This document shows positions 27,795-37,684 of a stretch of 53,017 nt of DNA, piece by piece. Where the stretch lies: positions 1-53,017 of the IMG/VR virus record IMGVR_UViG_3300032116_000284. One strand, given 5' to 3'. This DNA is from a virus (taxonomy: Duplodnaviria; Caudoviricetes). Each line of letters starts with the position of its first letter. Within the stretch, counting starts at the first letter, position 1. The translations under genes were made by a program, and so were the position numbers. The notes under the pieces are model-generated. The model saw only the letters and a list, made by a program, of their open reading frames with translations. It did not search any database and was not told the DNA's origin.

Positions 27795-29252
27795 ATGACA
27801 TCACAAGAACTATTGAGCAACAAGAAACCAGCAGAGCAAAAGGTAGGGTTTGCTGCACTTGGCAAATCGTTTCAAGAGAAAGTGCTTCAAGCACTTCTTA
27901 CGGACAGACTGTGGGCTGCACAGTTTGTCGAAGTTTTCAACGTTGACGAGTGTCTTGAGCCTGCGTACTTGAAGCTGATTGCCAACAAGTACATCGGCTA
28001 CCACACGTCATACAAAGAGTTTCCGACACTAGAACTGCTTATCACTGTCATCAAGGATGCGTTGAGTGCAGATAACGACCTTGTTTTGAGAGAACAGTGC
28101 CATGGGTTCTTGCAGAAGGTTATCCGGAACGAGAGTTTGAATGACCTTCCTTGGGTAAAAGAGAAGGCGTTCGAGTTCTGTCGCCAGCAGCTTATCAAGA
28201 ATGCGCTGCAAGAAAGCGTTGGCTTGATTGTTGCTGGCAAGCACGACAAGGTTGCAGAGGTTATGAAGGCTGCTCTGGCGGCTGGTATGGCTTCGTCTCC
28301 TGGCCATGACTACTTGAACGACATCGATGCAAGGTATTCTGAGACATACAGGCACGCCATCAAGACAGGCATTCCGGAGCTTGACGAGAAGAAAGTGATG
28401 GCTGGCGGCCTTGGCTCTGGAGAGATTGGCATTGTGTGTGCTCCCAGCGGCGTTGGCAAGAGCCATGTCCTTACACACATAGGGGCGCAAGCACTGTTGC
28501 AGCAGAAGAACGTGTTCCACTACACCATGGAGCTCAACGAGAGATATACCGGTATTCGATATGACAGCCACTTGACCGGCATCAACGCTTCGGACTGTTC
28601 GGAAGCGAAAGAGCAGATCAAGGGCTACTTCGAAGCGAACAAGGAACATCTAGGAAGACTCATCATCAAGGAATACCCAGCTAGGTCGATCAGCTGTTCA
28701 AACATCAAGGCACACGTTGAGAAGATGACCTACAAGGGCATCAAGCCTGACATGATCATCATTGACTATGCTGGTATCATTCGGTCAACCGACAGGTACG
28801 ACCTTCCGAGACTTGAAATGCAGAGTGTGATTCAAGAAGTTCGAAGGATGGCAAAAGAGCTGGACCTTCCAGTGTGGACCGCCCTTCAGTCCAACAAGGA
28901 AGGTGCGAAGAGCGACATCGTCGACCTTACAAACCTAGCGGAAAGCTACGGACAAGCTGCAGAAGCGGACTTCGTGATTGGTCTTCAGAGAATGAGCACA
29001 CAGAAGTCAACAGGACTTGGAACCTTGTTCGTTGCCAAGAACCGGTTTGGCATCGATGGGTTGCAGTTCAAGATTCACTTGAACACAGCGCAGAGCAACA
29101 TCAGAGTTCTTACCGCCGATGAAGTTGAGGGCATTCAAGCAGAGATGACATCGGAAGAAGAAAGACTGAACGAGAGCGTCGTTGACAAATTCAAGGCAGC
29201 TCTCAAGCAGACGAAGCAAGCATACAATGTTCAACGAACATACAGCAAGTAA
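27795..29252 (+). CDS. replicative DNA helicase (DnaB / T4 gp41-like)
   Basis: Walker A APSGVGKS, HYTMELNE, IIKEYP, IIDYAG, WTALQSN, AKNRFG. Confidence 0.92.
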   Translation: MTSQELLSNKKPAEQKVGFAALGKSFQEKVLQALLTDRLWAAQFVEVFNVDECLEPAYLKLIANKYIGYHTSYKEFPTLELLITVIKDALSADNDLVLREQCHGFLQKVIRNESLNDLPWVKEKAFEFCRQQLIKNALQESVGLIVAGKHDKVAEVMKAALAAGMASSPGHDYLNDIDARYSETYRHAIKTGIPELDEKKVMAGGLGSGEIGIVCAPSGVGKSHVLTHIGAQALLQQKNVFHYTMELNERYTGIRYDSHLTGINASDCSEAKEQIKGYFEANKEHLGRLIIKEYPARSISCSNIKAHVEKMTYKGIKPDMIIIDYAGIIRSTDRYDLPRLEMQSVIQEVRRMAKELDLPVWTALQSNKEGAKSDIVDLTNLAESYGQAAEADFVIGLQRMSTQKSTGLGTLFVAKNRFGIDGLQFKIHLNTAQSNIRVLTADEVEGIQAEMTSEEERLNESVVDKFKAALKQTKQAYNVQRTYSK

Positions 29253-29270
29253 ATCACAGGAGAAACAGGA

Positions 29271-32138
29271 ATGTCACTAGTAGACAACAAAGGGTACATC
29301 ATCGATCCATACAGAAACTTCATTCACACGAGTCGATACGCTCGCTGGCTGGATGACAAGGGCCGTAGGGAGACGTGGGCTGAGACGGTAGCCCGTTATG
29401 TTGGGTTCATGCGCAAGCACATGACCACAAACTACGGCTACGCCAAGGATGACCCCAACTTCGACTTGGTTGAGAAGGCCATTCTTGAGCATGAAATCAT
29501 GCCCTCAATGAGAGCGTTGATGGCTGCTGGCCCTGCTATGGAAGCAGATAACATCTGCGCCTATAACTGTCTCGGGAGAGAAACTGAGTTCATTACTCAA
29601 GAAGGAGTGCGCCGATTCTCGGATTTCAAGAGCGGAGACAAGGTTACTGTCCTCACTCACACGGGAGCATGGAAGCCTGCGACCGTGCGCAGTTATGGCG
29701 AACAACGGCTGTACAACATCACAATTTCCCGTGGGCGCTCTGCACATACGGTCAGAGCCACAAAGAATCATCAGTGGATTTTGGCCGATGGGTCACGAAC
29801 AACAAACCTTCAGCCGAAGGACCAGTTGGCCAGACCACCACGAATTGTGGCCGATTGGGATTACTACAACAGTTCGCCAACGGAACGTATCTATTGGGCG
29901 CTGGGGTTCGTGTATGGCGACGGTACTTTGACCAAAAACAAGAGTGGCGAGTACACACACTCGATGGTACGCCTATGTGGTGAAAACAAAATGAGGTTCC
30001 TGGATAGATTCCAAGAGCTCGGCTATTCTGTGAGTTCACCTGCCTCGTGGGGTGGGGATGCGGTTGCCTATACTGGCCACTACCTAAAGGCGCTGCCAAC
30101 AATTGAAGAGGACGGTTTCGAAAAGGTTGTCGCCTTTGTGCGTGGATACCTCGATGCAGATGGCAACAAGAACCTAAACGGGGAATGGCCAAGCCCATTC
30201 AGCGGGATTCAAGCATCCAAGGAAACATCAATAGAGTTCATTCGCAAGATGTTCCCTGCCGTTGGAGCTTACATCACTCAGGAAACGGACCTTACTGGGG
30301 AAGAAACCAACTACGGCATTCGCCCGAAAACATCCACGTTTGGACTCGTTCTAGGTTTTGGCGACTCCAAGAACTCTACATATAGCGTGCAGAATATTCA
30401 AGAATCCACAGTCGAGACTGTGTGGTGTCTTGAAGTAGAAGACGACCACTCATTTGTTCTTCCAAATGGCATTGTTACAGGAAACTGCTCGTTTATCGCT
30501 GTTGACTCGCTCCGTGCCTTCGACGAAGCCATGTACATTCTGATGAATGGAACAGGGGTAGGGTTCTCGGTTGAGCAAGAGCACGTCAAGGAACTGCCTG
30601 TTATCGCTGACGAGTTCGAACAGACAGAAACCACGATTGTTGTTGAGGACAGCAAGATGGGCTGGGCCAAGGCATACAAGGAACTCATATCCTTGCTTGT
30701 GAACGGTCAGATTCCGAACTGGGACACCAGGAAGGTCAGACCAGCTGGAGCAAGACTGAAGACGTTCGGTGGCAGAGCTTCTGGCCCTGAACCACTGAAG
30801 GAACTGTTCAGATTCACCACGCAAGTGTTCAAGAACGCCAAAGGAAGACGACTGAAGTCTATTGAAGCGCATGACATCATGTGCAAAATTGGTGAAGTCG
30901 TTGTTGTTGGTGGTGTGCGCCGAAGCGCCCTTATCTCGTTGTCTAACCTTGATGACTTCGAGATGGCGAAGGCGAAGAGTGGGCAGTGGTGGGAATCACA
31001 GCCACAGCGTGCTCTTGCGAACAACTCTGCTGTGTATGACTCGAAACCAAATACAGCACAGTTCCTTCGTGAGTGGAGAAACCTTTATGAGTCCAAGTCA
31101 GGAGAGCGAGGAATCTACAACGCTGAAAGCGTAAGGAAGCACATTCAGAAGGCAGGCAGGAGAGATGCGTCGAAGGTTCGTGGCACCAATCCTTGTGCAG
31201 AGATTCTGCTGCGTTCACTTCAGTTCTGCAACTTGACAGAGATTGTGATTCGTGCTGAAGACACAGAGGAAGACTTGTTGAGAAAGGTTGAGCTTGCCAC
31301 CATTCTTGGCACATGGCAGTCAACCCTTACCAACTTCAAGTACATCCGTAAGGCATGGAAGAACAACTGCGAAGAAGAGAGACTGTTGGGAGTGAGCTTG
31401 ACCGGAATATTCGGCAACAAACTTACTTCAACGAACGGGCCAGAGCTGGCAGCGCTGCTCAACAGGATGAGAGAGAGAGCCATCGAAGTCAACCAGAAGG
31501 AAGCCGAAGACCTTGGAATCCAAGCGTCGACAGCCATCACCTGCGTCAAGCCATCAGGCACGGTGTCACAGCTTGTTGGTGTGTCTAGCGGCATTCACCC
31601 ATGGCATTCGGAATACTACCTTCGTTCTGTGAGAGCGGACAACAAAGACCCATTGACAACATTCTTGAAGGCTTCAGATGTGCCAAGCGAACCAGAAGCC
31701 TTGAAGCCGGAATCGACAACAGTATTCTCGTTCCCTATCAAGGCGCCAGAGGGCGCTATCGTCAACTCTCATCTCACAGCCGTTCAACACCTTGAGCTAT
31801 GGAAGACATACAGAGAGTGTTGGACAGAACACAACCCGTCGGTAACGATATCTGTTCGTGAAGATGAGTGGATGGATGTTGGTGCGTGGGTATACAAGAA
31901 CTTCGACCACATTGGTGGAGTATCCTTCCTTCCAGCAACCGACCACATCTATCGTCAAGCTCCGTATCAAGAGATAACCAAGGAACAGTACGAGGAAGCA
32001 GTGTCGAAGATGCCTGCCGAAATCTCTTGGAACGACCTGAGCATGTTCGAAACGGAAGACAGCACCTCTGGCACACAAGAACTGGCTTGCAGCGCAGGTG
32101 TGTGCGAAATCGTTGACATCACTTCAACAGCGAAGTGA
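29271..32138 (+). CDS. nrdJ: class II (adenosylcobalamin-dependent) ribonucleotide reductase, intein-containing
   Basis: RRETW, MPSMRAL, AYN|CSF split by intein, GTGVGFS, GGVRRSA, TNPCAEI, TCVKPSGT, C-terminal CSAGVC. Confidence 0.92.
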   Translation: MSLVDNKGYIIDPYRNFIHTSRYARWLDDKGRRETWAETVARYVGFMRKHMTTNYGYAKDDPNFDLVEKAILEHEIMPSMRALMAAGPAMEADNICAYNCLGRETEFITQEGVRRFSDFKSGDKVTVLTHTGAWKPATVRSYGEQRLYNITISRGRSAHTVRATKNHQWILADGSRTTNLQPKDQLARPPRIVADWDYYNSSPTERIYWALGFVYGDGTLTKNKSGEYTHSMVRLCGENKMRFLDRFQELGYSVSSPASWGGDAVAYTGHYLKALPTIEEDGFEKVVAFVRGYLDADGNKNLNGEWPSPFSGIQASKETSIEFIRKMFPAVGAYITQETDLTGEETNYGIRPKTSTFGLVLGFGDSKNSTYSVQNIQESTVETVWCLEVEDDHSFVLPNGIVTGNCSFIAVDSLRAFDEAMYILMNGTGVGFSVEQEHVKELPVIADEFEQTETTIVVEDSKMGWAKAYKELISLLVNGQIPNWDTRKVRPAGARLKTFGGRASGPEPLKELFRFTTQVFKNAKGRRLKSIEAHDIMCKIGEVVVVGGVRRSALISLSNLDDFEMAKAKSGQWWESQPQRALANNSAVYDSKPNTAQFLREWRNLYESKSGERGIYNAESVRKHIQKAGRRDASKVRGTNPCAEILLRSLQFCNLTEIVIRAEDTEEDLLRKVELATILGTWQSTLTNFKYIRKAWKNNCEEERLLGVSLTGIFGNKLTSTNGPELAALLNRMRERAIEVNQKEAEDLGIQASTAITCVKPSGTVSQLVGVSSGIHPWHSEYYLRSVRADNKDPLTTFLKASDVPSEPEALKPESTTVFSFPIKAPEGAIVNSHLTAVQHLELWKTYRECWTEHNPSVTISVREDEWMDVGAWVYKNFDHIGGVSFLPATDHIYRQAPYQEITKEQYEEAVSKMPAEISWNDLSMFETEDSTSGTQELACSAGVCEIVDITSTAK
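29568..30485 (+). mobile_element. intein (306 aa) with LAGLIDADG homing endonuclease domain
   Basis: begins CLGRETEFIT, block B TKNHQW, LAGLIDADG-like WALGFVYGDG and FVRGYLDADG, ends VWCLEVEDDHSFVLPNGIVTGN followed by Cys. Confidence 0.92.
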
Positions 32139-32235
32139 GCCGATATCCCGATATGTGTTGAGTGTTGATTATCGTTGACGTAGCATAAGCGTAAGCCGAA
32201 CTCTACCAACGAACACACATTCAGCACATATTCAT

Positions 32236-33534
32236 ATGAGCAACGATTCAACTCCTCAAGCTCCGTCTAAGACGAGAAGCCTGATTGTCAACTTGTTCTT
32301 CTACCTTATAGGGGCCGTGGCTCACTATGTCATGAGTCATAAGCTAGGCAAGACGAAGCATAGGCAAAAGATAAAGCATGCCACAGAGCTTCTTGACACT
32401 GTGCCTACGGGCAACGACACATTCTTCACAAGCTTGAAGAAGTCGGGGCAGTTGTTCGAGAAACTCGCATACGCAGAGCATGACGTTTATCCTTCAACAA
32501 AGGAAGCCAAAGAAGCCATCCTGGCAAAAGACCCGAATCTCGTTGTGCATAAAGACAGGACTTTCATTCAGTTGCTGATAGAGCTTGTCACTGACAACGG
32601 CCTGTTCGAACACACTGAGGTTGTTGCGAAGATAGGCAAGAACAACGAAGCTAACATGGTTGTGACTCAGTACACGTTCACTGGGGGACGAGTGCTGTAT
32701 ATCTTCAGGTATTTCTACACGTACGGGGATTTTCTGGAGCCTGAGTACATTTCCAACTTCGACTGCTACAGCCTGTTCGGCGACCTGTTCAAGAAGAGCA
32801 GCCAAGCTGTTATCGTCTCGTATGATGAAGAAAGCCACAAGACGGTCATCGAACCGTTGAGGCACGAGATGTTTTCTGCTGGAGAGCCTGTGACATTTTG
32901 TGGAGCATGCAACACCGACAAGCTTGACAAGCTGGTGAAAGAGTTTCAACAGTATGAAGACCTAGGAGAGCAGCGAACGTATCTGTTGGTTGGAGCTCCA
33001 GGCACAGGGAAGACAACCACCTGCCTCCAGTTGGCGAAACAGATATCTCCCAATGCCATCATCAAGCTTGACTTCTCACTGTTCAAAGCAGCCAACAACG
33101 ACTTTTTGCACTCGCTGTTGGAGTTCTCCGGTGCAAAAGTCGTCATCATCGATGATATTGACCGGACGCTTGGAGACGCCAGCCTCATGCAGAAACTCTT
33201 GTACTGCCTTGAGAGTGCGAAAGGTATCGATACGAAGCCTGTGTTGTTGGCCACTGCAAACAGTGTAGCAGCTATGCCCAAGGCTCTTCTTCGTCCTGGT
33301 AGGTTCGACAAGATTGTGGAGTTCTTGCCCCCAACAGTTGAAGAGAGAATCCAGTGGTTTCTTGAGTGTTCATTGACCGAACCACAGCTGAAAGAACTGG
33401 TCCTTCACACCGAAGGACTTGCGCAGGCACACTTGAAAGAGGTTTCAAAGCAGCTGAAGTGCGGAACACCAGTGGATGATGTCATTGAAGACTTGAAGCT
33501 AAGGAAGAAGTATGAGGAGCAAGCAGTCAAGTAG
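32236..33534 (+). CDS. classical-clade AAA+ ATPase with N-terminal hydrophobic segment
   Basis: GAPGTGKT, VIIDDID, ATAN, ALLRPGRFD. Confidence 0.85.
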   Translation: MSNDSTPQAPSKTRSLIVNLFFYLIGAVAHYVMSHKLGKTKHRQKIKHATELLDTVPTGNDTFFTSLKKSGQLFEKLAYAEHDVYPSTKEAKEAILAKDPNLVVHKDRTFIQLLIELVTDNGLFEHTEVVAKIGKNNEANMVVTQYTFTGGRVLYIFRYFYTYGDFLEPEYISNFDCYSLFGDLFKKSSQAVIVSYDEESHKTVIEPLRHEMFSAGEPVTFCGACNTDKLDKLVKEFQQYEDLGEQRTYLLVGAPGTGKTTTCLQLAKQISPNAIIKLDFSLFKAANNDFLHSLLEFSGAKVVIIDDIDRTLGDASLMQKLLYCLESAKGIDTKPVLLATANSVAAMPKALLRPGRFDKIVEFLPPTVEERIQWFLECSLTEPQLKELVLHTEGLAQAHLKEVSKQLKCGTPVDDVIEDLKLRKKYEEQAVK

Positions 33535-33823
33535 CCTTCATGTCCCACGCATCGGATACCAACTGGAGCAGTTCTTCTTTTGTGAGTGGTAGGGATGAGC
33601 GTTGTGCATCTGCTGAGATGCGAGCAACCACACTGTTGAGCTTCTCTAGATCCACAGCCAAGTTGTATCCGGGGGTCATGTCGCTGCTGTAGGGGTTTTT
33701 GGACTTGTAGTGCTTCTTGAGTTCGGAAGCTTTCTTGACAAGTGCTGGGGACTGTATTGCCTGAGCGGCCAGAGCCTCTTGTATGAGTTTTCTTATGATG
33801 TATTTGAAGGCTGTGCGGGTCAT
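33527..33823 (-). CDS. small hypothetical late protein
   Basis: preceded by TAGTTAT; N-terminus KYIIRKLIQEAL. Confidence 0.6.
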   Translation of the reverse strand: MTRTAFKYIIRKLIQEALAAQAIQSPALVKKASELKKHYKSKNPYSSDMTPGYNLAVDLEKLNSVVARISADAQRSSLPLTKEELLQLVSDAWDMKAT

Positions 33824-33831
33824 GCAAATAA

Positions 33832-35235
33832 CTATGCTGGCATAACCGCACCGGCAGCTGTGAAGTAGCTACCAGCCAGCTTGCTAGCGAACAACATGGC
33901 CAGATAAAGACTAGCTGTTGGGATGAGCTCTCCTGGCTTGATATCCATTACCAGCTGTTGATGAACGGAACTCCAGGTGTTGTTGAGTTGGGAGGTGTTG
34001 ACGGCCATGGGGTTATAGAACCCGTAAGTCAAGGCCGCTCTCACAGCCCTGATGGCGTTGTCGAGTTTGGGCTTGTTTTTGTTCGATTCCGTCTTGGGTA
34101 TACCAACCTTGACAACGTGTGCCTGCAAGTTCTGGATTCTCTTTATGGTGAGGGAAGACACATCGGACACATCGTGTTTCTCATTCTGCTCCTGTCTCTT
34201 ACCTTCGAGATAGTGCAAGTGTGCACACACTCTTGCTCTAGAGCTGTTGTTGTGGACGGTAAGCACGTTGCTTGTGATGCTTACCTTGTCAACGGTTGGG
34301 AGTAGGTCATAGTCAGCGAACACAAGAGACTCACCCTTCAGCGTGCTCAAGATATCACCGTTGCAAGCTGCAGCTATGTCGATCAAGAAGTTCAGCGTCT
34401 CAAGAGACTGCTCAAGCTTGACGGGAACAACGTCTAGTCTACCAGCTGCAAGGTTCGAATACAGAGTAGCTACAACTTCCTCATCGAATCCTTGTGCGAT
34501 AAGAAGAAGAGGTACCCCAGTGCTTGCGCTCTTTCGAAGCAGGCCGTCAAGCTCGGACACTTTCTCTATCACACCATCCACAAGAAGCACCTTGGCGTTG
34601 AACCGCTCATAGGTGCCAAACTTCGGAACGAAGCCGTTGTAAGGGTTGATAGGGAAGTTGTAGCCATACTGTAGACCAACGCTAAAGGTCGTGTTGTCAG
34701 TCTCCTCTAGGGTTATGGTCCCTTCAAGACCAGCAAGCGTCATAGCTTCCTTGACCACAGTCTCTAGAACGCTGTCGTGACCAACAGCTGTTGACACAAC
34801 ACCGTCTAGGAGTTCCTGTGAGGCTGGAGAGCAGACCTTCAACACCTCAACCCAGTACGTGTCAGCCTGTTTGCCCGAGAGCTCGGATAACCCCTTGTAG
34901 GCGTTGTGTATGTGTTGTTGATAACTCTGGACCGTTTCTGCCTTCAAGTGTTCTTTTGCAAACCCGGCGAACGCCTTCAAGAACATATAACCAGCACCCT
35001 GGCACTTGATGTCAAGCTGATAGGCGGTCTTGAGCAAGTCGCCATAGAGCATCTTCTCAAAAGCGTCCACGGGCTTCAGCAAGTTTACGAGAAGCTGGTA
35101 GGAGCCCTTGTAGAGAACAGTGCCGTTCTGGTTGATGGCAACGGTTACACGAGATAACAGCGAGTCCAGCTTTTCCACCCTTTTCAAGAGTTCTGACTGG
35201 GTTTTCTCTTTATCAACAAATATGCTGGTGTTCAT
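33832..35235 (-). CDS. highly divergent GroEL/chaperonin-like protein
   Basis: AGLEGTITLEE, VLLVDGVIEKVSEL, PLLLIAQGFDEEVVATL, DIAAACNG, KRIQNL...VKVG...LDNAIRAVRAAL match GroEL apical/intermediate segments; GDGTTT absent. Confidence 0.75.
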   Translation of the reverse strand: MNTSIFVDKEKTQSELLKRVEKLDSLLSRVTVAINQNGTVLYKGSYQLLVNLLKPVDAFEKMLYGDLLKTAYQLDIKCQGAGYMFLKAFAGFAKEHLKAETVQSYQQHIHNAYKGLSELSGKQADTYWVEVLKVCSPASQELLDGVVSTAVGHDSVLETVVKEAMTLAGLEGTITLEETDNTTFSVGLQYGYNFPINPYNGFVPKFGTYERFNAKVLLVDGVIEKVSELDGLLRKSASTGVPLLLIAQGFDEEVVATLYSNLAAGRLDVVPVKLEQSLETLNFLIDIAAACNGDILSTLKGESLVFADYDLLPTVDKVSITSNVLTVHNNSSRARVCAHLHYLEGKRQEQNEKHDVSDVSSLTIKRIQNLQAHVVKVGIPKTESNKNKPKLDNAIRAVRAALTYGFYNPMAVNTSQLNNTWSSVHQQLVMDIKPGELIPTASLYLAMLFASKLAGSYFTAAGAVMPA

Positions 35236-35280
35236 GAGGTACCTCGGATTCTCGCATATTTATGTAAGCGAGGTGGTCAA

Positions 35281-35817
35281 ATGCCCAACACGAGAGAGCA
35301 GGAGCTCCTAGAGCTGATAGTACAAAAGTTCAACGATAGTCGGGCGTTGAACGGTGGTTTCGACAAGCTGTGTCTTATGATCGAGCACGTTCAAGCTGAA
35401 CAAGACAAGAACAGTGGGAAGCTGGACAAGGTATCAGACGCTCTCTACGACCCGGACCATGGCTTATTCGCAAGGGTAAAGAAGTTGGAACAGAAGATTG
35501 ATAGCAACCTGGGCGACCTCGATCAGATCGTGAAGGGCATTCCAACTGTTGAGACGAAAGTCACAGCACTAGTGACCAAGGTCGAAAGCCTTGAAAAGAA
35601 GGCAGAGACTCAGACCACGCTCGATAGCGATACAAGGAAGAAGATTCAAGACCTTGAGAAGTTCCATGCGCACATGGAGAAAATTGGTGGTGTTGGCCTC
35701 AACGAGTTTTCTGACATTGTGGCGCTGAAACAAAGGATGTCGAATATTTATTGGGCACTGGCGCTTGCTATCATGATGTTTGTTGGCAAGCTGTTGTTCG
35801 AACTAGCCAAAAGATAG
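35281..35817 (+). CDS. coiled-coil protein with C-terminal transmembrane helix
   Basis: heptad-rich body, IYWALALAIMMFVGKLLF at C-terminus, TATTTAT and GAGG upstream. Confidence 0.65.
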   Translation: MPNTREQELLELIVQKFNDSRALNGGFDKLCLMIEHVQAEQDKNSGKLDKVSDALYDPDHGLFARVKKLEQKIDSNLGDLDQIVKGIPTVETKVTALVTKVESLEKKAETQTTLDSDTRKKIQDLEKFHAHMEKIGGVGLNEFSDIVALKQRMSNIYWALALAIMMFVGKLLFELAKR

Positions 35818-35899
35818 CTTCTAGGCCCTGTGGAACGTACAACAGCCTATACAACAGTGTCGTGTAGCACAACAGTACAATAACACAGGAGAAACACAA

Positions 35900-36154
35900 A
35901 TGAGTGACGATACAAGACAACATCTGGCGGACGTGTGGGAATCAGTGAAGGCTGCTGTGGCCGAAGTTGAGGAAGACGTGTCGAAGAGCGTGGCTAAGGG
36001 CACGCTCGCTGCCGGAACAAGAACACGCACAGGCACACACCGACTGCGCAAGCTTCTTGCAGAAGTGGTGAAGGCTTCGAGGGCACACGATGCTGCAGTG
36101 AAGGCTGAGCGCAAGGCTGTTCAAGAGTCTGTGCCTGTCGCTGTTGAAGTTTGA
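35900..36154 (+). CDS. Hc1-like (histone H1-like) nucleoid protein
   Basis: DVSKSVAKGTLAAGTRTR...LRKLLAEV matches the GNxAAGTRxR signature of Hc1-family proteins; AGGAG RBS. Confidence 0.7.
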   Translation: MSDDTRQHLADVWESVKAAVAEVEEDVSKSVAKGTLAAGTRTRTGTHRLRKLLAEVVKASRAHDAAVKAERKAVQESVPVAVEV

Positions 36155-36214
36155 ACAGTAGCTTGTTCCGAGTAGTTTCGGAACACAGTGAAGATTCATA
36201 GGTGAAACCTAGAG

Positions 36215-36246
36215 AAAGGGCAACCAACCGGTTGCCCTTTTGTTTT
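36215..36246 (+). terminator. rho-independent terminator
   Basis: AAAGGGCAACC-AACC-GGTTGCCCTTT-TGTTTT. Confidence 0.85.
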
Positions 36247-36269
36247 GGACTAGTTAGGACTGGAGACTC

Positions 36270-37628
36270 ATGACAAAAAACACATACATTCTCGACACCA
36301 ACGTCCTCCTGTCAGATAGCAACTCCCTGTTTGGGTTCAAGGAACACAACGTCGTTCTGCCGTTGATTGTTCTGGAAGAGCTCGACAGACACAAGGACAG
36401 GCAAGATGAAGTGGGTCGCAACGCAAGAGATTTCGTTAGGAAGCTCAGCGAGCTCACGAAGGAGAACCAGGACTTCAAGAAAGGCATTTCCATTGGAAAC
36501 AACATGGGAACGCTTCGCATCCTCGCCATTTCCGACCTTATGCAAGAGGCGGAAGCTATCGAACAGCTACCATTCGAACTTCAGGACAAGAAGACCGGAG
36601 ACAACACGATTGCTCAGTTCTGTGTGAACTACATTCACAAGCACAAGGACGAGACGGTGGTGTTGATTACAAGAGACACCATCTTGAGGTTGAAGGCCAA
36701 GGCGCTTGGCATTGTGGTTGAAGACTATAAGAAGTTCAACGTTGTCACGAGTGTGAGTGCGTTGTATTCTGGCGTGGAGCTGCTTGAAGACGTTGACGGC
36801 GTTGACGTGAATGACTTCTACGAGTGCGGTGATGCAGGGTATGTGTTGCCAAAGGAAATTGAAGAGAAGCTCTATCCTAACCAGTTTGTCATTATCAAGT
36901 GCGGGCAGCAGAGCGGCGTTGCTAGGTTCATCGCTCCAGGGAAACCACTCAGGAAGATGGCTAAGAACCCAGGCAAGCTGTCCGCAAGAAACAAGGAACA
37001 GGAATTTGCAAGAGAACTTCTGTTCGACAACGATGTGAAACTGGTAACGCTCGCAGGGCAAGCCGGTACGGGCAAGACCTTGCTTTCTATCGATGCCGGT
37101 ATCGAACAGGTGTTGAATGGCAAGCGTTATCGTTCGCTTGTCATTTGTCGTCCAGTGATGCCTGTTGGCAGAGACATTGGGTTTCTCCCTGGAGACTTGA
37201 ACGAGAAGCTTGAGCCATGGCTAGCTCCCATCAAGGACAACTTGAGGTTTCTGTTGAGTGAGTTTGGCAAGAAGAGCAAGTTCGATGAGCAGGTTCTTCA
37301 GAGCTACTTCGAAGAAGGCATTATCGAAGTTCAAGCCATGACCTTCATCAGAGGCAGAAGCATTGCCAATGCTTTCGTAATCATTGATGAAGCTCAGAAC
37401 ACCAACCTTCACGAGATGAAGACCATCTTGACAAGAGTTGGAGAGAACACGAAGATTGTGCTCACTGGAGACATTGAGCAGATTGACAACACTTACGTTG
37501 ACTCGGTTAGCAACGGTCTATCCATTGCTATCGAGAGATTCAAGTCGCAGCCTATCGCTGGGCATGTGACGTTCAAGAAGGGCGAGCGTTCTCAGTTGGC
37601 TACAATTGCTGCTGAGATTCTTCGCTGA
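36270..37628 (+). CDS. phoH: PIN-PhoH (PhoH2-type) protein
   Basis: YILDTNVLL PIN motif, GQAGTGKT, IGFLPG, FIRGRS, IIDEAQN, TGDIEQID. Confidence 0.92.
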   Translation: MTKNTYILDTNVLLSDSNSLFGFKEHNVVLPLIVLEELDRHKDRQDEVGRNARDFVRKLSELTKENQDFKKGISIGNNMGTLRILAISDLMQEAEAIEQLPFELQDKKTGDNTIAQFCVNYIHKHKDETVVLITRDTILRLKAKALGIVVEDYKKFNVVTSVSALYSGVELLEDVDGVDVNDFYECGDAGYVLPKEIEEKLYPNQFVIIKCGQQSGVARFIAPGKPLRKMAKNPGKLSARNKEQEFARELLFDNDVKLVTLAGQAGTGKTLLSIDAGIEQVLNGKRYRSLVICRPVMPVGRDIGFLPGDLNEKLEPWLAPIKDNLRFLLSEFGKKSKFDEQVLQSYFEEGIIEVQAMTFIRGRSIANAFVIIDEAQNTNLHEMKTILTRVGENTKIVLTGDIEQIDNTYVDSVSNGLSIAIERFKSQPIAGHVTFKKGERSQLATIAAEILR

Positions 37629-37684
37629 GAACAACGTGCTGGGTATAACCCAGTGTTTCGGGTGTCCTAGTTATCAGCAACAAG

